Part shown: in pieces, positions 38,240 to 49,594 of the stretch | Numbering within the stretch: the stretch's first letter is position 1 | Layout: each line of letters opens with the position of its first letter | DNA from: a virus | Taxonomy: Duplodnaviria > Caudoviricetes | Length of the DNA: 64,000 nt | Reading direction: 5' to 3' (one strand) | IMG/VR virus record: IMGVR_UViG_3300044617_001934 | Coordinates: 1,134-65,133 of that record | The notes under the pieces: model-generated | What the model was told of the DNA's origin: nothing | The model's database searches: none | Seen by the model: the letters and a program-made list of their open reading frames with translations, nothing else | Translations under genes and position numbers: made by a program

Positions 38240-41170
38240 ATGTTTACAATTACATCTAACCTTATAAACACATTTATATCTAATTATGCTTCCCAGGTAG
38301 AAGTAAGAACCGGAAACTTTTATAGATCACATCTAGCTACAATAGGCTTTGGTGAAGTCGAAGTCAGTACAACTCCAAATAGCTATGGAGTACAAATAAC
38401 TATGCCAGAAGGTACACAGCAAGTAGCTACCGTGGCAGTTAATGGTATTGTTTTGTCTTCTGCTATAAACCCACAAAATCCACAGCCGGGCGAGTTTATT
38501 TATAATCCCGATACAAATAAAGTGCAAATAACTATACCAGAAGGTATACAGCAAGTAGTTACCGTGGCGGCTAATGATGTCATTTTGTCTCCTGCTATAA
38601 ACCCACAAAATCCACAGCCTAATGAGTTTATATTTAACTATGACGTACCAATAATTTTGCCAGAAAGTACACAGCAAGTTATTGCAGTTGCAGCTAATGG
38701 TGTTATTTTGTCTCCTGCTGTTGACCCTCAAAATCTTCAGCCTAATGAGTTTATATTTAACCCCTATACAAAGCAGTTATTTGTTTATTCAAACGCAGCT
38801 AATGTCCAAATTTACAGCACTCGACAAGAGATCAAGATCAGTCCTCAGTTAATCACAAATTTACCTAACCTGTTCACACTATTACCTCTTGAGGGAGATA
38901 TTCAGATATCCCGATCATTTGAAAATCATCCTCAGATGAGTTTTACTTTCGAGACTAACTTCAGTAAAGATACAATTATCTCCACATTTGCACCTGGTAG
39001 GGAGGTTAATGTTGCTGGTGTTGGGTATAGGGTAAATAACTGTAATTGTGTAGAGATGCCAATATCAATTTATCCTGATGGACGCTGTAAAGTTTCTGTT
39101 AGCTTTGGGGGTAAATGGGAGAATTATTTAAACAATGCAATATTTTTACGGCCACAATGTTTAAGAACAGATGGTATAAAAAATTCAAATGATAGTGTGA
39201 TTGTCCCGCTTTCGCGGATGTTAAGACGAGCAAATATAGCATTACAAGGCAAATCCTTAAAAACCGTATTTATCCCTTGGGATTCCCCAGCCGATGCCGT
39301 AGTACAACCCGATCAATTAATTCAAGATAGATTAAGAGTAGCCGGAACTTTCGTAAGATATAGCAATAATCGGGCAATAGAAATTATTGATATTAATGGT
39401 TTAAATTCCCACTTCATTCCTGAAGATCAGATTGATGGAGAAATTTCTACTGATTATCAGGCTATATCCAAACCATCCAAAATTAAATTAAACTCAATAT
39501 CATTTAATCCTCAGCAACCAGATTTAAACAATTTCCCAAATACTATTACGCAACTTAATATTCAACTTACAGCAGAAGCTCGGACTAACTTAGGGTTTGA
39601 ATATCCCCTAACTGAATTAACCGGGGATCTTAAAGATATTCCTAGACCCAAGCCCGAAAAAACACAAGGGCAACAACCGAGGTATAAGAAAAGACCTAAG
39701 AACAGAGATGTTAGAATTGAAGGTAATGTAATTGCAGATGAATACCCTGAGGGTGTTGAGTTAATTCAGGTGATGTCTCTTTGTTTTGATTTGGGTGGCG
39801 AGCAGGAAACACGAACTTTTGTATACACAGAGAATGGTACTACTTATGAAACTGTTGAGGAAATTTGGGGATTTGCATTTACAGCAGCACAGATTTATGA
39901 TAAAGGCACGGGTAAGTTAATAGGAAGTCCCTCAGAACATTGGAAATTATTAAAACAGGTTACAACAGAATATATTTATGATGTTGATCCGTTAGATGAA
40001 AAACGTGGTACTGGATATCTTTTAAGAAAGATAGGTAGAGGATTTAACACAGCCAGATGGAAGTCTGAAAATGCAGGGTCCCCAGAAACATTAGAACTTA
40101 TAGGTGATACTTCTACAGAAGCAGCGAAAGAGAGAGAATTATATAGCTTTTTTAGAATACCAGTATATGAAAACTTTTCACAGGTACTTAAAATAATGCC
40201 TGAGAGAAATAGCGACGGTCTTTATGAAACAATACCAGATTGTTCCTTAAACGGTTCATCAGTTTTAATTAATCCTAACTTTGTACCTCCTTATTATGCA
40301 GAAGCACAGAGAACAGAAAAGATTAGTTTCGCTCGACGACCTAATCCAGAAAACGATGGTAAATCTCTAGAAGCAGGTGATATCTTTGTCCCTGATTTAA
40401 TAGTAGGTAGTGTTGAAATATACGAGTCTCATATTACAGGTTATACCCCTCCTTTATACGAGAAAAAGATAATAGGCTTCGTTGATGGTTATCCTGTTTC
40501 TCGAAATGGTGAGTTAATTGCACCTGCTAAGTGGTTCAAATATAATAAAAAATTCTCAGCTAGTGGACAAGCGATCGAAACGGCTATAGAAGATATTTCT
40601 GTAGAGCAAGGTGAGGGTAATCCACCTTTGGCAGAACCTAAACGTGCTGATTTATTTGTTCGAGAAGAGCCTGAAGCCAGTGGAGAAGATAGAATAACAT
40701 TTAATGATAAAGACTATCGTTATTTCATTTGGACTGATGGACACTCTAGAACAGATGCAATATCAGGTACAGAGTCTTTTTCAGAAGCCAAAACAGTCAA
40801 TGAAGCATTAACAGCAGTTAACACAAAATTAGCTATTGAAAATTGGAGAAATGGCTACTCAGAAACATTGACTTTAACGGACTACAGACAAGAGATCAAA
40901 GAAGGCGACAGAATTACATATTTCTGTAAAGGTCAATACAGGGTAAGAGTCGTTATTTCTGTTAACCATAATTTAAGTATTTTAGGAAATATAGGTGGTC
41001 AACCTATTGTGGTAGGCAAAACATCATTAACAGTTGGTAAGTATGTTACACCACAAGTTCAGTATGCTAAAGTAGAAGTACCACCACTGGTGGTACTCAA
41101 TATTGAACCACCGGAAGAAATTGGAAGTTTGTTAGGTAGAACAAATATTCGTTCAAGGAGAAACCCATAA
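38240..41170 (+). CDS. probable virion tail/baseplate protein with three N-terminal ~40-aa repeats
   Basis: 976 aa; C-terminal IKEGDRITY..RVVISVNH pattern of tail hub proteins; adjacent to tail genes. Confidence 0.55.
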   Translation: MFTITSNLINTFISNYASQVEVRTGNFYRSHLATIGFGEVEVSTTPNSYGVQITMPEGTQQVATVAVNGIVLSSAINPQNPQPGEFIYNPDTNKVQITIPEGIQQVVTVAANDVILSPAINPQNPQPNEFIFNYDVPIILPESTQQVIAVAANGVILSPAVDPQNLQPNEFIFNPYTKQLFVYSNAANVQIYSTRQEIKISPQLITNLPNLFTLLPLEGDIQISRSFENHPQMSFTFETNFSKDTIISTFAPGREVNVAGVGYRVNNCNCVEMPISIYPDGRCKVSVSFGGKWENYLNNAIFLRPQCLRTDGIKNSNDSVIVPLSRMLRRANIALQGKSLKTVFIPWDSPADAVVQPDQLIQDRLRVAGTFVRYSNNRAIEIIDINGLNSHFIPEDQIDGEISTDYQAISKPSKIKLNSISFNPQQPDLNNFPNTITQLNIQLTAEARTNLGFEYPLTELTGDLKDIPRPKPEKTQGQQPRYKKRPKNRDVRIEGNVIADEYPEGVELIQVMSLCFDLGGEQETRTFVYTENGTTYETVEEIWGFAFTAAQIYDKGTGKLIGSPSEHWKLLKQVTTEYIYDVDPLDEKRGTGYLLRKIGRGFNTARWKSENAGSPETLELIGDTSTEAAKERELYSFFRIPVYENFSQVLKIMPERNSDGLYETIPDCSLNGSSVLINPNFVPPYYAEAQRTEKISFARRPNPENDGKSLEAGDIFVPDLIVGSVEIYESHITGYTPPLYEKKIIGFVDGYPVSRNGELIAPAKWFKYNKKFSASGQAIETAIEDISVEQGEGNPPLAEPKRADLFVREEPEASGEDRITFNDKDYRYFIWTDGHSRTDAISGTESFSEAKTVNEALTAVNTKLAIENWRNGYSETLTLTDYRQEIKEGDRITYFCKGQYRVRVVISVNHNLSILGNIGGQPIVVGKTSLTVGKYVTPQVQYAKVEVPPLVVLNIEPPEEIGSLLGRTNIRSRRNP
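38390..38762 (+). repeat. three tandem coding repeats of about 120-130 bp
   Basis: QITxPEGxQQVxTVAxNxVILSPAINPQNPQPNEFIFN x3. Confidence 0.85.
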
Positions 41171-41346
41171 TGAGTATTACACAAGAACAAATTGTTAGAG
41201 AAATTAAAAAAATATTTCCTACAGCTACAGAAAAAGGGGATAAGGTGACTATTACTCTTAATGGAGTGACGCTGGAATTTAATAAAAATGTTTCTGCTAC
41301 TAAAGATAGAAAAATATCTAATGTTAACAATATTTCTTTTAGGTAG
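41170..41346 (+). CDS. small hypothetical protein (58 aa, MSITQEQIVREIKK..)
   Basis: Translated by hand; TAATG coupling and AGGAG RBS. Confidence 0.6.
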   Translation: MSITQEQIVREIKKIFPTATEKGDKVTITLNGVTLEFNKNVSATKDRKISNVNNISFR

Positions 41347-43969
41347 GATAATAACTGTGGGCAAATATCGTTAAAATTTCATTATTTTCTTCGTTTGGTT
41401 TTTTAAGTGGTACATAATCCACTTGAAAGACTTTATTATACTTAACATCTCCATTCTCTTTAATATCCCATTGTTCAACCCATGCTTTATTTTTATCTGT
41501 TTTAACAACAGAGAAAAATTTATTTCTAACTAAGTTATCAGATTCATATAATGACTGAAAGTTGATGTATCCACAGTACGATAAATACAAAGGTATTATG
41601 TAATTAGATAATCCTTGCACTGTTGTACTTAGTGGAGTGAAAGGCAGGATTTCTCTACTCAATATATCCGTAAATGCTTCTTCACGACGCACATCTTGAA
41701 GTAATATACCTATTAGTGGTTGATTGCCTAACACAATTGGGTTGTAATAAAGCCAAGAATAAACATTAATATTTTTTCGTAATAAATAACTAAATACTGA
41801 TCCAGTATTCATTACAAGTTTTTTGTGAAATGAGGATGGTGTATTTTTCTTGACTACATCAACAGCGCAAGTAATAGTTAAAGTAAAATTATCACTGTTG
41901 TATTCATGTTCACAAGTACCTCTAACGACGTAAGGTATTACTTTCCCTTCAACTGTCGTCTCCCATGCCAGAAGGAAATCACCTGTAAATCCAGCACCAG
42001 TAAATTCTGTCCTATTAATGTTGACAAGGTATTTTATAGTTTCATTAGTATAAGTGATGGTGAAGGTATCACCATTTTCTAGATTCGGCGATATTCCCGT
42101 CACAGTTACTTTATTAGAAGTCAAATCTAATAATCCAAAGCTACCTGTATTTAGCTCTTTTTCTACTTCACCATATTTAACTTTTATTATATTTTTTACT
42201 TCTCTTTTCTTCAAGAACATTGGTATTCTTTTATATCTTTTTTGTCCATTCCATATAAATCTATTAGTCGTGATTTCTTCTACATGAGCCTCTATTGTTG
42301 TCAATTCACCTATAAAGTCTTGTATTAGGTCTGTATTTGCTCCTGAAAAGACTACATTATTTTCTTCGACAGTATATTTAATTTCATCTCTTGTTGGCAC
42401 ATAAACCGGGTTCAAATAAGTTATAAATGGTTTGTATTTCTTCTGATTAACAGTATGCTCAAATATGGTGGTGTAATCAGAGAAAAAATAATCTAACGTT
42501 CTTGTGACCGTCATTTCATAATCTATAAATTCTGATCCCCAATTAACAGTTGCTGTTCTTTCATCAACAACGTATTCGTTACTAAAGTTAAATCTCTGAT
42601 CATCCAACCACTCTTCTTGATCTTCTTTTTCCTGGAATCTAGCTGCTTCAAAATAATACGTTGTAAGATAAACATTTTCAATATTAAGTCCGTCAAAGTT
42701 GAAAAGTACCCATTCACTATCGCGAACACCAAAAGGGTGATCAATACCCAAAAGATTATTAGCATTTACCAAGCTTGTAGTTACATAATTTTCTGCATCT
42801 GCTGAAGGGTTGTCTGGTGGTATTTCCCCAATAGGTAGCGTCGTTTGACTATTTAATGGAAAGGAAAAATCTACTTTTGCTAAGTGTAAATTCCAGGATA
42901 CGCCACCTTCCACATGAGTACCTCTTCTAAAATAATTTGAAGATATTGAGGCAGATGTTGTAAAAGTAAAGCTATAATGATTTGTCTCTTCAATATAAGT
43001 GGCTGTGCTGCTAGTGCTTCTATTATAGGTGTAGTCATTACCTCCTACCCGCTTAGGTCGAAATAAGTTAAAACCAGTCTCAAATTCTTTGACTTCTGAC
43101 TCAAAGCTTAAATATTTGTCTCTTAAAAACGGGTAATGTGTCTGGAATGTTACTGATGTTTCAGACGTTAATCTTGTTTTCACAACTTCACCAGCACTGT
43201 TTAGTGATGATGTCTCAAGTACAAGATCCTCTCTAAATAACTTACCATCTGGATAGTTTACATTTGTTTTAGATATTAATTTGGTATTATCTACCGTAAT
43301 TTCATTATCTTGATATATTACTTTTCTTTCGTTCTCGCCATAGAGGTAGCTATACTTTACATAAAAAGGATACCCCGGAAAAAAGAAACCATCAGCATCC
43401 ACATAGTTTCCTCTAAAAACAGTTTTATTCCATTCATCTTCAAGTGTTTTTTGTGCAGATTGGTTTACACTATTTTTATTAGCAAGAATGAAAAATGTGT
43501 TACTGGGCAGATTTCGATAATTAATATAAGAAAAAAACTTATTAGCACCTAGATTAAAAACATAAGCATACACCACACTCACATCATTTTTGATTAGATT
43601 TTCTACTTCTTTGCTAGTGCGATCGCCACCAAGATAAAAAGTAATTTTATCATCTGAAGTAATACCATATATAGTCTTAACAGGGTACTTATCAACTGGA
43701 TTAGGTCTAACCACCCTATAAATAATCTGCCTTCTATTTTCACCATTGCTAATATTGTCATTAGCAGACTCACCAATCACATACCAATTACCTTGATCCG
43801 TTTGAAAAGCAATACCATTTCCATTAACATTAGTCAGTGCTTGCGCTCTCACTGAGCCATAACCCAAGCTGACATTAACAGAATTACCTGCTGAAATATC
43901 GTTTAATTTAACAGGTGTGAAGCTACGCGCTTGGATGATTAGTTTTTTAATTTCCTCTGGTGTAGTCAT
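41339..43969 (-). CDS. probable virion structural/receptor-binding protein
   Basis: 876 aa, beta-rich, last gene of minus-strand structural operon. Confidence 0.6.
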   Translation of the reverse strand: MTTPEEIKKLIIQARSFTPVKLNDISAGNSVNVSLGYGSVRAQALTNVNGNGIAFQTDQGNWYVIGESANDNISNGENRRQIIYRVVRPNPVDKYPVKTIYGITSDDKITFYLGGDRTSKEVENLIKNDVSVVYAYVFNLGANKFFSYINYRNLPSNTFFILANKNSVNQSAQKTLEDEWNKTVFRGNYVDADGFFFPGYPFYVKYSYLYGENERKVIYQDNEITVDNTKLISKTNVNYPDGKLFREDLVLETSSLNSAGEVVKTRLTSETSVTFQTHYPFLRDKYLSFESEVKEFETGFNLFRPKRVGGNDYTYNRSTSSTATYIEETNHYSFTFTTSASISSNYFRRGTHVEGGVSWNLHLAKVDFSFPLNSQTTLPIGEIPPDNPSADAENYVTTSLVNANNLLGIDHPFGVRDSEWVLFNFDGLNIENVYLTTYYFEAARFQEKEDQEEWLDDQRFNFSNEYVVDERTATVNWGSEFIDYEMTVTRTLDYFFSDYTTIFEHTVNQKKYKPFITYLNPVYVPTRDEIKYTVEENNVVFSGANTDLIQDFIGELTTIEAHVEEITTNRFIWNGQKRYKRIPMFLKKREVKNIIKVKYGEVEKELNTGSFGLLDLTSNKVTVTGISPNLENGDTFTITYTNETIKYLVNINRTEFTGAGFTGDFLLAWETTVEGKVIPYVVRGTCEHEYNSDNFTLTITCAVDVVKKNTPSSFHKKLVMNTGSVFSYLLRKNINVYSWLYYNPIVLGNQPLIGILLQDVRREEAFTDILSREILPFTPLSTTVQGLSNYIIPLYLSYCGYINFQSLYESDNLVRNKFFSVVKTDKNKAWVEQWDIKENGDVKYNKVFQVDYVPLKKPNEENNEILTIFAHSYYPT

Positions 43970-43970
43970 G

Positions 43971-45704
43971 TTAGTAAATAGTTAAGTTCCACTCATTTTT
44001 AAAATATTGCCTAGCATCCGCTAATTCTTCGGTAGTGGGTGTGCGATTTATAATTGCTATTTCTGCTATATCACCATTAAACAATCTAAATCCACTAGAT
44101 TCAGCAGATCGTCCAATGTAAGGTGTTGCTGATACAGCCCAGGCAGGGTTTGATGTGAGCTTATTGCTTGTATTTCTATTTATTATGTAAGTGTTAGCTC
44201 CTACACCCGAAAAAACTTCTATCAAGGCTTGACCAGCAACAGAGATTTGATTTGCACCAGGAGTAGCCTCAAATCGGTTTGTTCTAAACTCTCCAAAATA
44301 AGAAGTGAATCCTAAGCCATTATTTGTACCCCAAAATTGTCCACTGCTATTACTGCCTGTGTGCATAGCTGAAAAATGTTGAGTTGTGTCTGTGAGATTA
44401 TAGAGAATAAACAAAGAAGCCTGTCCCCAGGAATCACTTAAACAATTTGGCATATTCATCCATCTTGAATTAAGCAATTTGGCTACAGGCAGTCCATTGA
44501 AGCCTACAGGATCATAAATTGGACATAAAGAAGAAGTTGATTGAGTTGCGTGATTATTATTACCGCTTCTATCAGTCCATTGGCTAATTCTATCTTCCCC
44601 GCTTACCACGCTTCTAATTACTGATTTGGCCGAATAATTTACAACTAAATCAGCACCAAAAATATCTAAAAGAGTCCTTGTACCAGGATTACCACCTTGA
44701 GGATTTAAAAATGTATCTGTTTCTGGGTTGTATGCCGTCGTGTATCTACAAACATCTTTTGTGATTCTAGTCGAATCCATATAGCCGTTCAGAAAATGCC
44801 CAAAACCTGCAAAATTTATTCCTCCAACTTTTAGTAAATTTGATGTGTATGGAATGGTAAAGCCGGTGCAATCAACACTGAAAACAGCCCCATTTAAGAA
44901 AAAATAACCTATATTTCCGTTTTGACAAAATCCAATATGATTCAACTGCTGGTTGGGTATATTAATAGTTTTTCCTATGTAAGTAGACCCATTGATCTCA
45001 ATCCCAAGTTCTAATCCTGTTTGGGTTGTATTCCCTAACGTATAAAAAGCCCACCCTGTTGCTGGTGCAGAATTTGGGTATGTATTTAAACAAGAAAAAT
45101 GCCTACTACCAGAAACATTAGGTAAACTCGGCGCGTCTATCCAAATCCAAGTTTCTAAGGTAAAAATCCTGCTAGTAAAGTTGTAATCCCCATTATTAGG
45201 AATTGTTAAAATATCTGCGCCATTACCGTTGTTGTCACCATTTCCAGGAAAATAAATTGAACTACCTCCGTATTTACTTTGATTAGTGCTAAGAGTGGGG
45301 TCGCCTACGGCGGTAATAGGCTTATTTAAAGGTGAACTATCTAGAATTGATAATGCAATACTCGCACCGGAACTAATCACAGTCCCGGTAACGACGTTAT
45401 CATTTCCTCCGCAATTTCTAACAGTTAATTGTGTTCCATTTGGTATTGCTGTAATAATGTAATTTCCTGCACCATTGCTTATCCTGATCGCTCTATTTGC
45501 AGCAGCCCAATCACTACTACCAACATTTATTGTGACCGTTGAATTAATAGCAGGAACGGTAAAATTAGCTGTAGTAGTGGTGTTTGTGACTAAAGAATTT
45601 TGATCCGCTCTTAGAAATAAAACGACATTATTAGCGTGCGGGTCAGGATTACCCCCTCCACCTTGATTAATTGGATTCCAAAAACCGACAGGATAAGTGA
45701 ACAT
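43971..45704 (-). CDS. tail fibre/receptor-binding protein with two LamG/ConA-like domains
   Basis: DPHANNVVLFL..SKYGGSSIYF..FTLETWI..GYMDSTRITK; ISQWTDRSGNNNHATQ..FNGDIAEIAI. Confidence 0.8.
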   Translation of the reverse strand: MFTYPVGFWNPINQGGGGNPDPHANNVVLFLRADQNSLVTNTTTTANFTVPAINSTVTINVGSSDWAAANRAIRISNGAGNYIITAIPNGTQLTVRNCGGNDNVVTGTVISSGASIALSILDSSPLNKPITAVGDPTLSTNQSKYGGSSIYFPGNGDNNGNGADILTIPNNGDYNFTSRIFTLETWIWIDAPSLPNVSGSRHFSCLNTYPNSAPATGWAFYTLGNTTQTGLELGIEINGSTYIGKTINIPNQQLNHIGFCQNGNIGYFFLNGAVFSVDCTGFTIPYTSNLLKVGGINFAGFGHFLNGYMDSTRITKDVCRYTTAYNPETDTFLNPQGGNPGTRTLLDIFGADLVVNYSAKSVIRSVVSGEDRISQWTDRSGNNNHATQSTSSLCPIYDPVGFNGLPVAKLLNSRWMNMPNCLSDSWGQASLFILYNLTDTTQHFSAMHTGSNSSGQFWGTNNGLGFTSYFGEFRTNRFEATPGANQISVAGQALIEVFSGVGANTYIINRNTSNKLTSNPAWAVSATPYIGRSAESSGFRLFNGDIAEIAIINRTPTTEELADARQYFKNEWNLTIY

Positions 45705-45706
45705 AA

Positions 45707-48700
45707 TTAAACCTCAACTGCTATAGGTGATAAAGTAATTGCACTCTCTGATCTTGCTATTCCAGTAATCATATTAACTCTATTTGCTGCTGTATTAAAT
45801 GTAGTTGTATCACCAACTAATCGTTTAAAAATTGAATTTAAAGTAATAGTTGCACCACCTGTAGCATCTTCAATTAAGTAAATGATATAAGTTGCTCCAA
45901 CTTGAATATTATTCATTGTTAAATCAGTAATATTTCCAGTCAAAGTTAGGATAAAAACATTACTAGCACTACCATCTAAAGTTACTGTTCCACTTGCAGA
46001 ATTATTAACAACAGGCGTTGCAAATTGTGTTTTAGTATATGCTTGTAATCTATCTGTTCCTGCTATTGTTATTTCCGCACCATTACTCTCTAATTTGAAT
46101 TTTAAATTATTATTCTGATTATAAAGTTTTAGCTGATCTGCTGCTGTTGCTGGTGCTGAACCTTCCTCTGTAATTACTAATTCAGATACAGCAGAAACAG
46201 AGCCTGTCGCTCCCGCTTCACCTCTAATTCCACCGGGTGAAACGTTACTACTAGCGTTTACTGAACTTCCAGCGATCGCATTTTCTGGGTAGCCTAAATT
46301 TAGAATTTGAATAGACGTACTACCAGGAACATCAACAACTTGATATGAACCACCAGTATAAATAAAAATTACTTGCCCAATAGATACCCAGCTACTATTA
46401 CCTACTGAGATAGTTACAGTATTCCCTACATTGGGTTGTGAAAAAGTAGCTGTCGTTGTTGTAAAGGCATTTTGCCCTGCTGCTCCTGTTGTACCTGTCG
46501 CTCCAGTAGCCCCGGTCGCACCAGTAGTTCCTGTAGCTCCTTTAGCACCACCAGAACTGATTATTACACCGGAACTAATCACTGTGGCTGGTGCGGCATT
46601 AGCAGATTCCCCTAAATTTTTTAACTCTACTTGTGTACTACTAGGTTTAGACATCACCTCATAGTAACCAGCATTACCGCCTATAAAAGTGATCAATCCC
46701 ACTGGCATCCAGTTAGAGTCAACCACGTTAACAGTAACATTTGCATTAATGCTAGGTACTGTGAACTGTGCAGTGGTTGTTGTATATCCCGACGTTCCAG
46801 CTAGACCTGTTGCTCCGCCTGGCGCGATCGCTCTACCAGTCGCAATCACTGTAGCAGGAGCAGCGTTACCCTGATTACCACTATTTTTAACCGTTATTTG
46901 TGTACTACTAGGTTTGTCGATTACCTCATAACTACCAGCATCTTGGATAAAAATAATTTGCCCTGGCACAGTCCAGTCGCTATTACCTACAGTTATAGTG
47001 ACATTAGCCCCAATATTAGGGACTGTAAACTGTGCAGTCGTAGTTGTGTAGGCATTTTGCCCTGCTGCACCATCAACTCCTTGAGGAATGCTAAAGCTTA
47101 AAATCGCTTGGTTGCCTGTTCCTGTGTTAACTACAGTAGCGGCATTACCAGCAGGTAAGGTTGTGGTTGCATCAATAGTTATTGAAGGTGGTTGAAAGTC
47201 TCCACCCCATTCATATATGCAAGGTGGTGAAGCGTGACTAATATCTGTAACCTGATCACCGTCATAAACAAAGGAATAACAAATCCTGTAACTGGTAGCA
47301 GGGAAAACACCCCCTACATCTGCTGTTAAAGTTGCTGTTAGTGGTTCAAACAGCCCAAACTCAGCCGAAGGTAAAGCAGTATTATAAACAGTACCATCAT
47401 TCCAGTTAGTTATGAAAAACTCTTGTGTTACACCAGGAATTACTAAATTTCCTGTGAATCTTCTGACTTCTAAAGTATCCTGTCTTTGGATATAAAAATT
47501 AACTGTAATAGGATTAAAACTTCCTTTATTATTTTCTGCTACGACATCAGGATAATTAGTTCTAATAGTTCCCAGTCCATCAGCATCACAGGGATAATTT
47601 ACTTCAATTATAAAACTACTTGTACCACCATTAGCAACATAAGCAGAATAAGTACCAACTTTACTTTCACCAGCTACAGTAGAAACTATTGCTCTTAATG
47701 CTTCGCTGCTTAGGATTGTATAACTACTAGGTGCTGCAAAAACAGAAGCGTTACCATTAATAACTATTTTTTGATTAGCAACATTTGAAAGTAATCCTCC
47801 AAAACTGCGAGTAGGCTTAACGGGAAAACTGTAACTTTTTACTAAAGCACAACCAGATAAAACTTTAAATCCTAAACTAATGTCTGGTACTACTCTATAT
47901 TTATCAGCTAAATTAGGAATAATACTGCCATCATTTAATAAAAAGCCTAATGGATTATAGTCTCCAGACTCAGTTCTTATAGAGGGGCGTACAGAGATAA
48001 TATCCCCGTCATTCATTCCTGTAGTACCATTTCTGTCATCATTAAAAAATGATAATTCAGCAGCACTAAAAAACGGTTTTACACCAATTAAAATAGACTC
48101 ACCTGGTAGCAAATCATCTGGACATAAGAAGTTAGTAGTTAACTTGGGTGTCCACAAAACATATCCACCAATATTATTAAATTCTGTGTTGTCACTAGTT
48201 TTAGTAGTTCTTAGAGTTCCATTAGACTGCACATATCCAAAAAATTTAACCATAAATAGTCCCGATAATAGATCAGGACTGCTGCGATTATTATAATCTA
48301 ATTCAATACCAAACTCTGTTCCTTCTGGTAAGTTGGCATTAGTGTCATTATAGATAAAATATTTACTTTCCCACGTCGGTAAAGTTTTTTCTAAAGTTCC
48401 ATTGCCAGGATAAGGAGGTGTAGGTATTATTGATGTGGGTTGAATGCTCACTAGTGGATAATCACTACCACCAGCACTGGAAGAATTGGCCACATAAGTT
48501 GATGGGCTTTGAACTCGTACCCATTGACCGACATCAGTAGCAATAGTATTTGAATCAAGTGGTAAATCTGAATCAGCACGGTATTCAAAAAACTTTGATT
48601 CTGAAGTTACCCACCTCACCATACCATTAAGTCTATTATCTCCAGTTGGTAATGCGGCTAAATCTGCAACTGTAGAAGCTAAAGCAATATGGGAATCTCT

Positions 48701-49066
48701 GGATAACTCAATAGTTGTGGGTAGTGTTGAAGGTATTGTCTGAGGATCAATTCCTACCCCAAAATCAAAACCAGCGTAACGTGCGATCGCAACATGAGTT
48801 GATGGATCATTAGTTGCACCAGCAGAAATTACAAAATAGTGAATATCCCAGCCGTCTTTTCTAACTGTGTTAGGAATAGTAATTTGTATTTTTTGTCCGG
48901 CTGAATAATTGACAGCAGCACTTACACTAGGGGCATTGAACCCAGCACGGTTTTGTAATTGGAAGCTAAAATATAAAGTTCCCGATCCTGTTAAGCTCCC
49001 ACCTGAAGTGACAGAAACAGAAAAACTAGGACAAACACTACCAACGCCGGCATATCTTGATAACAT
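45707..49066 (-). CDS. tail fibre protein with collagen-like GxT repeats
   Basis: 1119 aa; GAKGATGTTGATG, three TTTTAQFTVP modules, C-terminal YIIYLIEDATGG domain. Confidence 0.8.
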   Translation of the reverse strand: MLSRYAGVGSVCPSFSVSVTSGGSLTGSGTLYFSFQLQNRAGFNAPSVSAAVNYSAGQKIQITIPNTVRKDGWDIHYFVISAGATNDPSTHVAIARYAGFDFGVGIDPQTIPSTLPTTIELSRDSHIALASTVADLAALPTGDNRLNGMVRWVTSESKFFEYRADSDLPLDSNTIATDVGQWVRVQSPSTYVANSSSAGGSDYPLVSIQPTSIIPTPPYPGNGTLEKTLPTWESKYFIYNDTNANLPEGTEFGIELDYNNRSSPDLLSGLFMVKFFGYVQSNGTLRTTKTSDNTEFNNIGGYVLWTPKLTTNFLCPDDLLPGESILIGVKPFFSAAELSFFNDDRNGTTGMNDGDIISVRPSIRTESGDYNPLGFLLNDGSIIPNLADKYRVVPDISLGFKVLSGCALVKSYSFPVKPTRSFGGLLSNVANQKIVINGNASVFAAPSSYTILSSEALRAIVSTVAGESKVGTYSAYVANGGTSSFIIEVNYPCDADGLGTIRTNYPDVVAENNKGSFNPITVNFYIQRQDTLEVRRFTGNLVIPGVTQEFFITNWNDGTVYNTALPSAEFGLFEPLTATLTADVGGVFPATSYRICYSFVYDGDQVTDISHASPPCIYEWGGDFQPPSITIDATTTLPAGNAATVVNTGTGNQAILSFSIPQGVDGAAGQNAYTTTTAQFTVPNIGANVTITVGNSDWTVPGQIIFIQDAGSYEVIDKPSSTQITVKNSGNQGNAAPATVIATGRAIAPGGATGLAGTSGYTTTTAQFTVPSINANVTVNVVDSNWMPVGLITFIGGNAGYYEVMSKPSSTQVELKNLGESANAAPATVISSGVIISSGGAKGATGTTGATGATGATGTTGAAGQNAFTTTTATFSQPNVGNTVTISVGNSSWVSIGQVIFIYTGGSYQVVDVPGSTSIQILNLGYPENAIAGSSVNASSNVSPGGIRGEAGATGSVSAVSELVITEEGSAPATAADQLKLYNQNNNLKFKLESNGAEITIAGTDRLQAYTKTQFATPVVNNSASGTVTLDGSASNVFILTLTGNITDLTMNNIQVGATYIIYLIEDATGGATITLNSIFKRLVGDTTTFNTAANRVNMITGIARSESAITLSPIAVEV

Positions 49067-49145
49067 ATTTTATAAAATAAGAGCTATCCTAACTCCTTAT
49101 AGAATAGCATAAAATATATCAAATCAAGTGATCACGCTTTTATTG

Positions 49146-49586
49146 TTATGAATTAATGTATAACTCCTCAATCTCATTAACTAAAACAACACCAAACCCT
49201 GCTAATTCAGCAGGTGATAAATAAATTTCATTCTGATAATCAGGGTCGGGTTGTGTTCTTTGAAGTAAAGCTAAGATAGCATCAAAGCTGGTTTGAGATA
49301 ATTTCCCGCCCCGTCTTAAAACATTTAAATTGTTAATTACCCAATCAGGTCTGTTTTGCTGGATAGCATCAAGGATTTTTCCGTAAACTGGACTTTCAGC
49401 AATCTGCAATACCTCACTATCATCAAGTAAAGCAGACACTTCCTCAAGCGTGGGATATAAAGGAATTTGTCGCTGGGGTTCAGGATTATTAATTACTACC
49501 TTGTCGTTAAGTTTTGAAGCTAATTCCCTAGCAGATAGTTCAGGAAATTGTGCAATTTGAGTAAGCAGCCACTGTTGTTTTGTCAT
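49146..49586 (-). CDS. hypothetical protein (possible fibre chaperone)
   Basis: 146 aa within tail cluster. Confidence 0.65.
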   Translation of the reverse strand: MTKQQWLLTQIAQFPELSARELASKLNDKVVINNPEPQRQIPLYPTLEEVSALLDDSEVLQIAESPVYGKILDAIQQNRPDWVINNLNVLRRGGKLSQTSFDAILALLQRTQPDPDYQNEIYLSPAELAGFGVVLVNEIEELYINS

Positions 49587-49594
49587 AATTAGTC

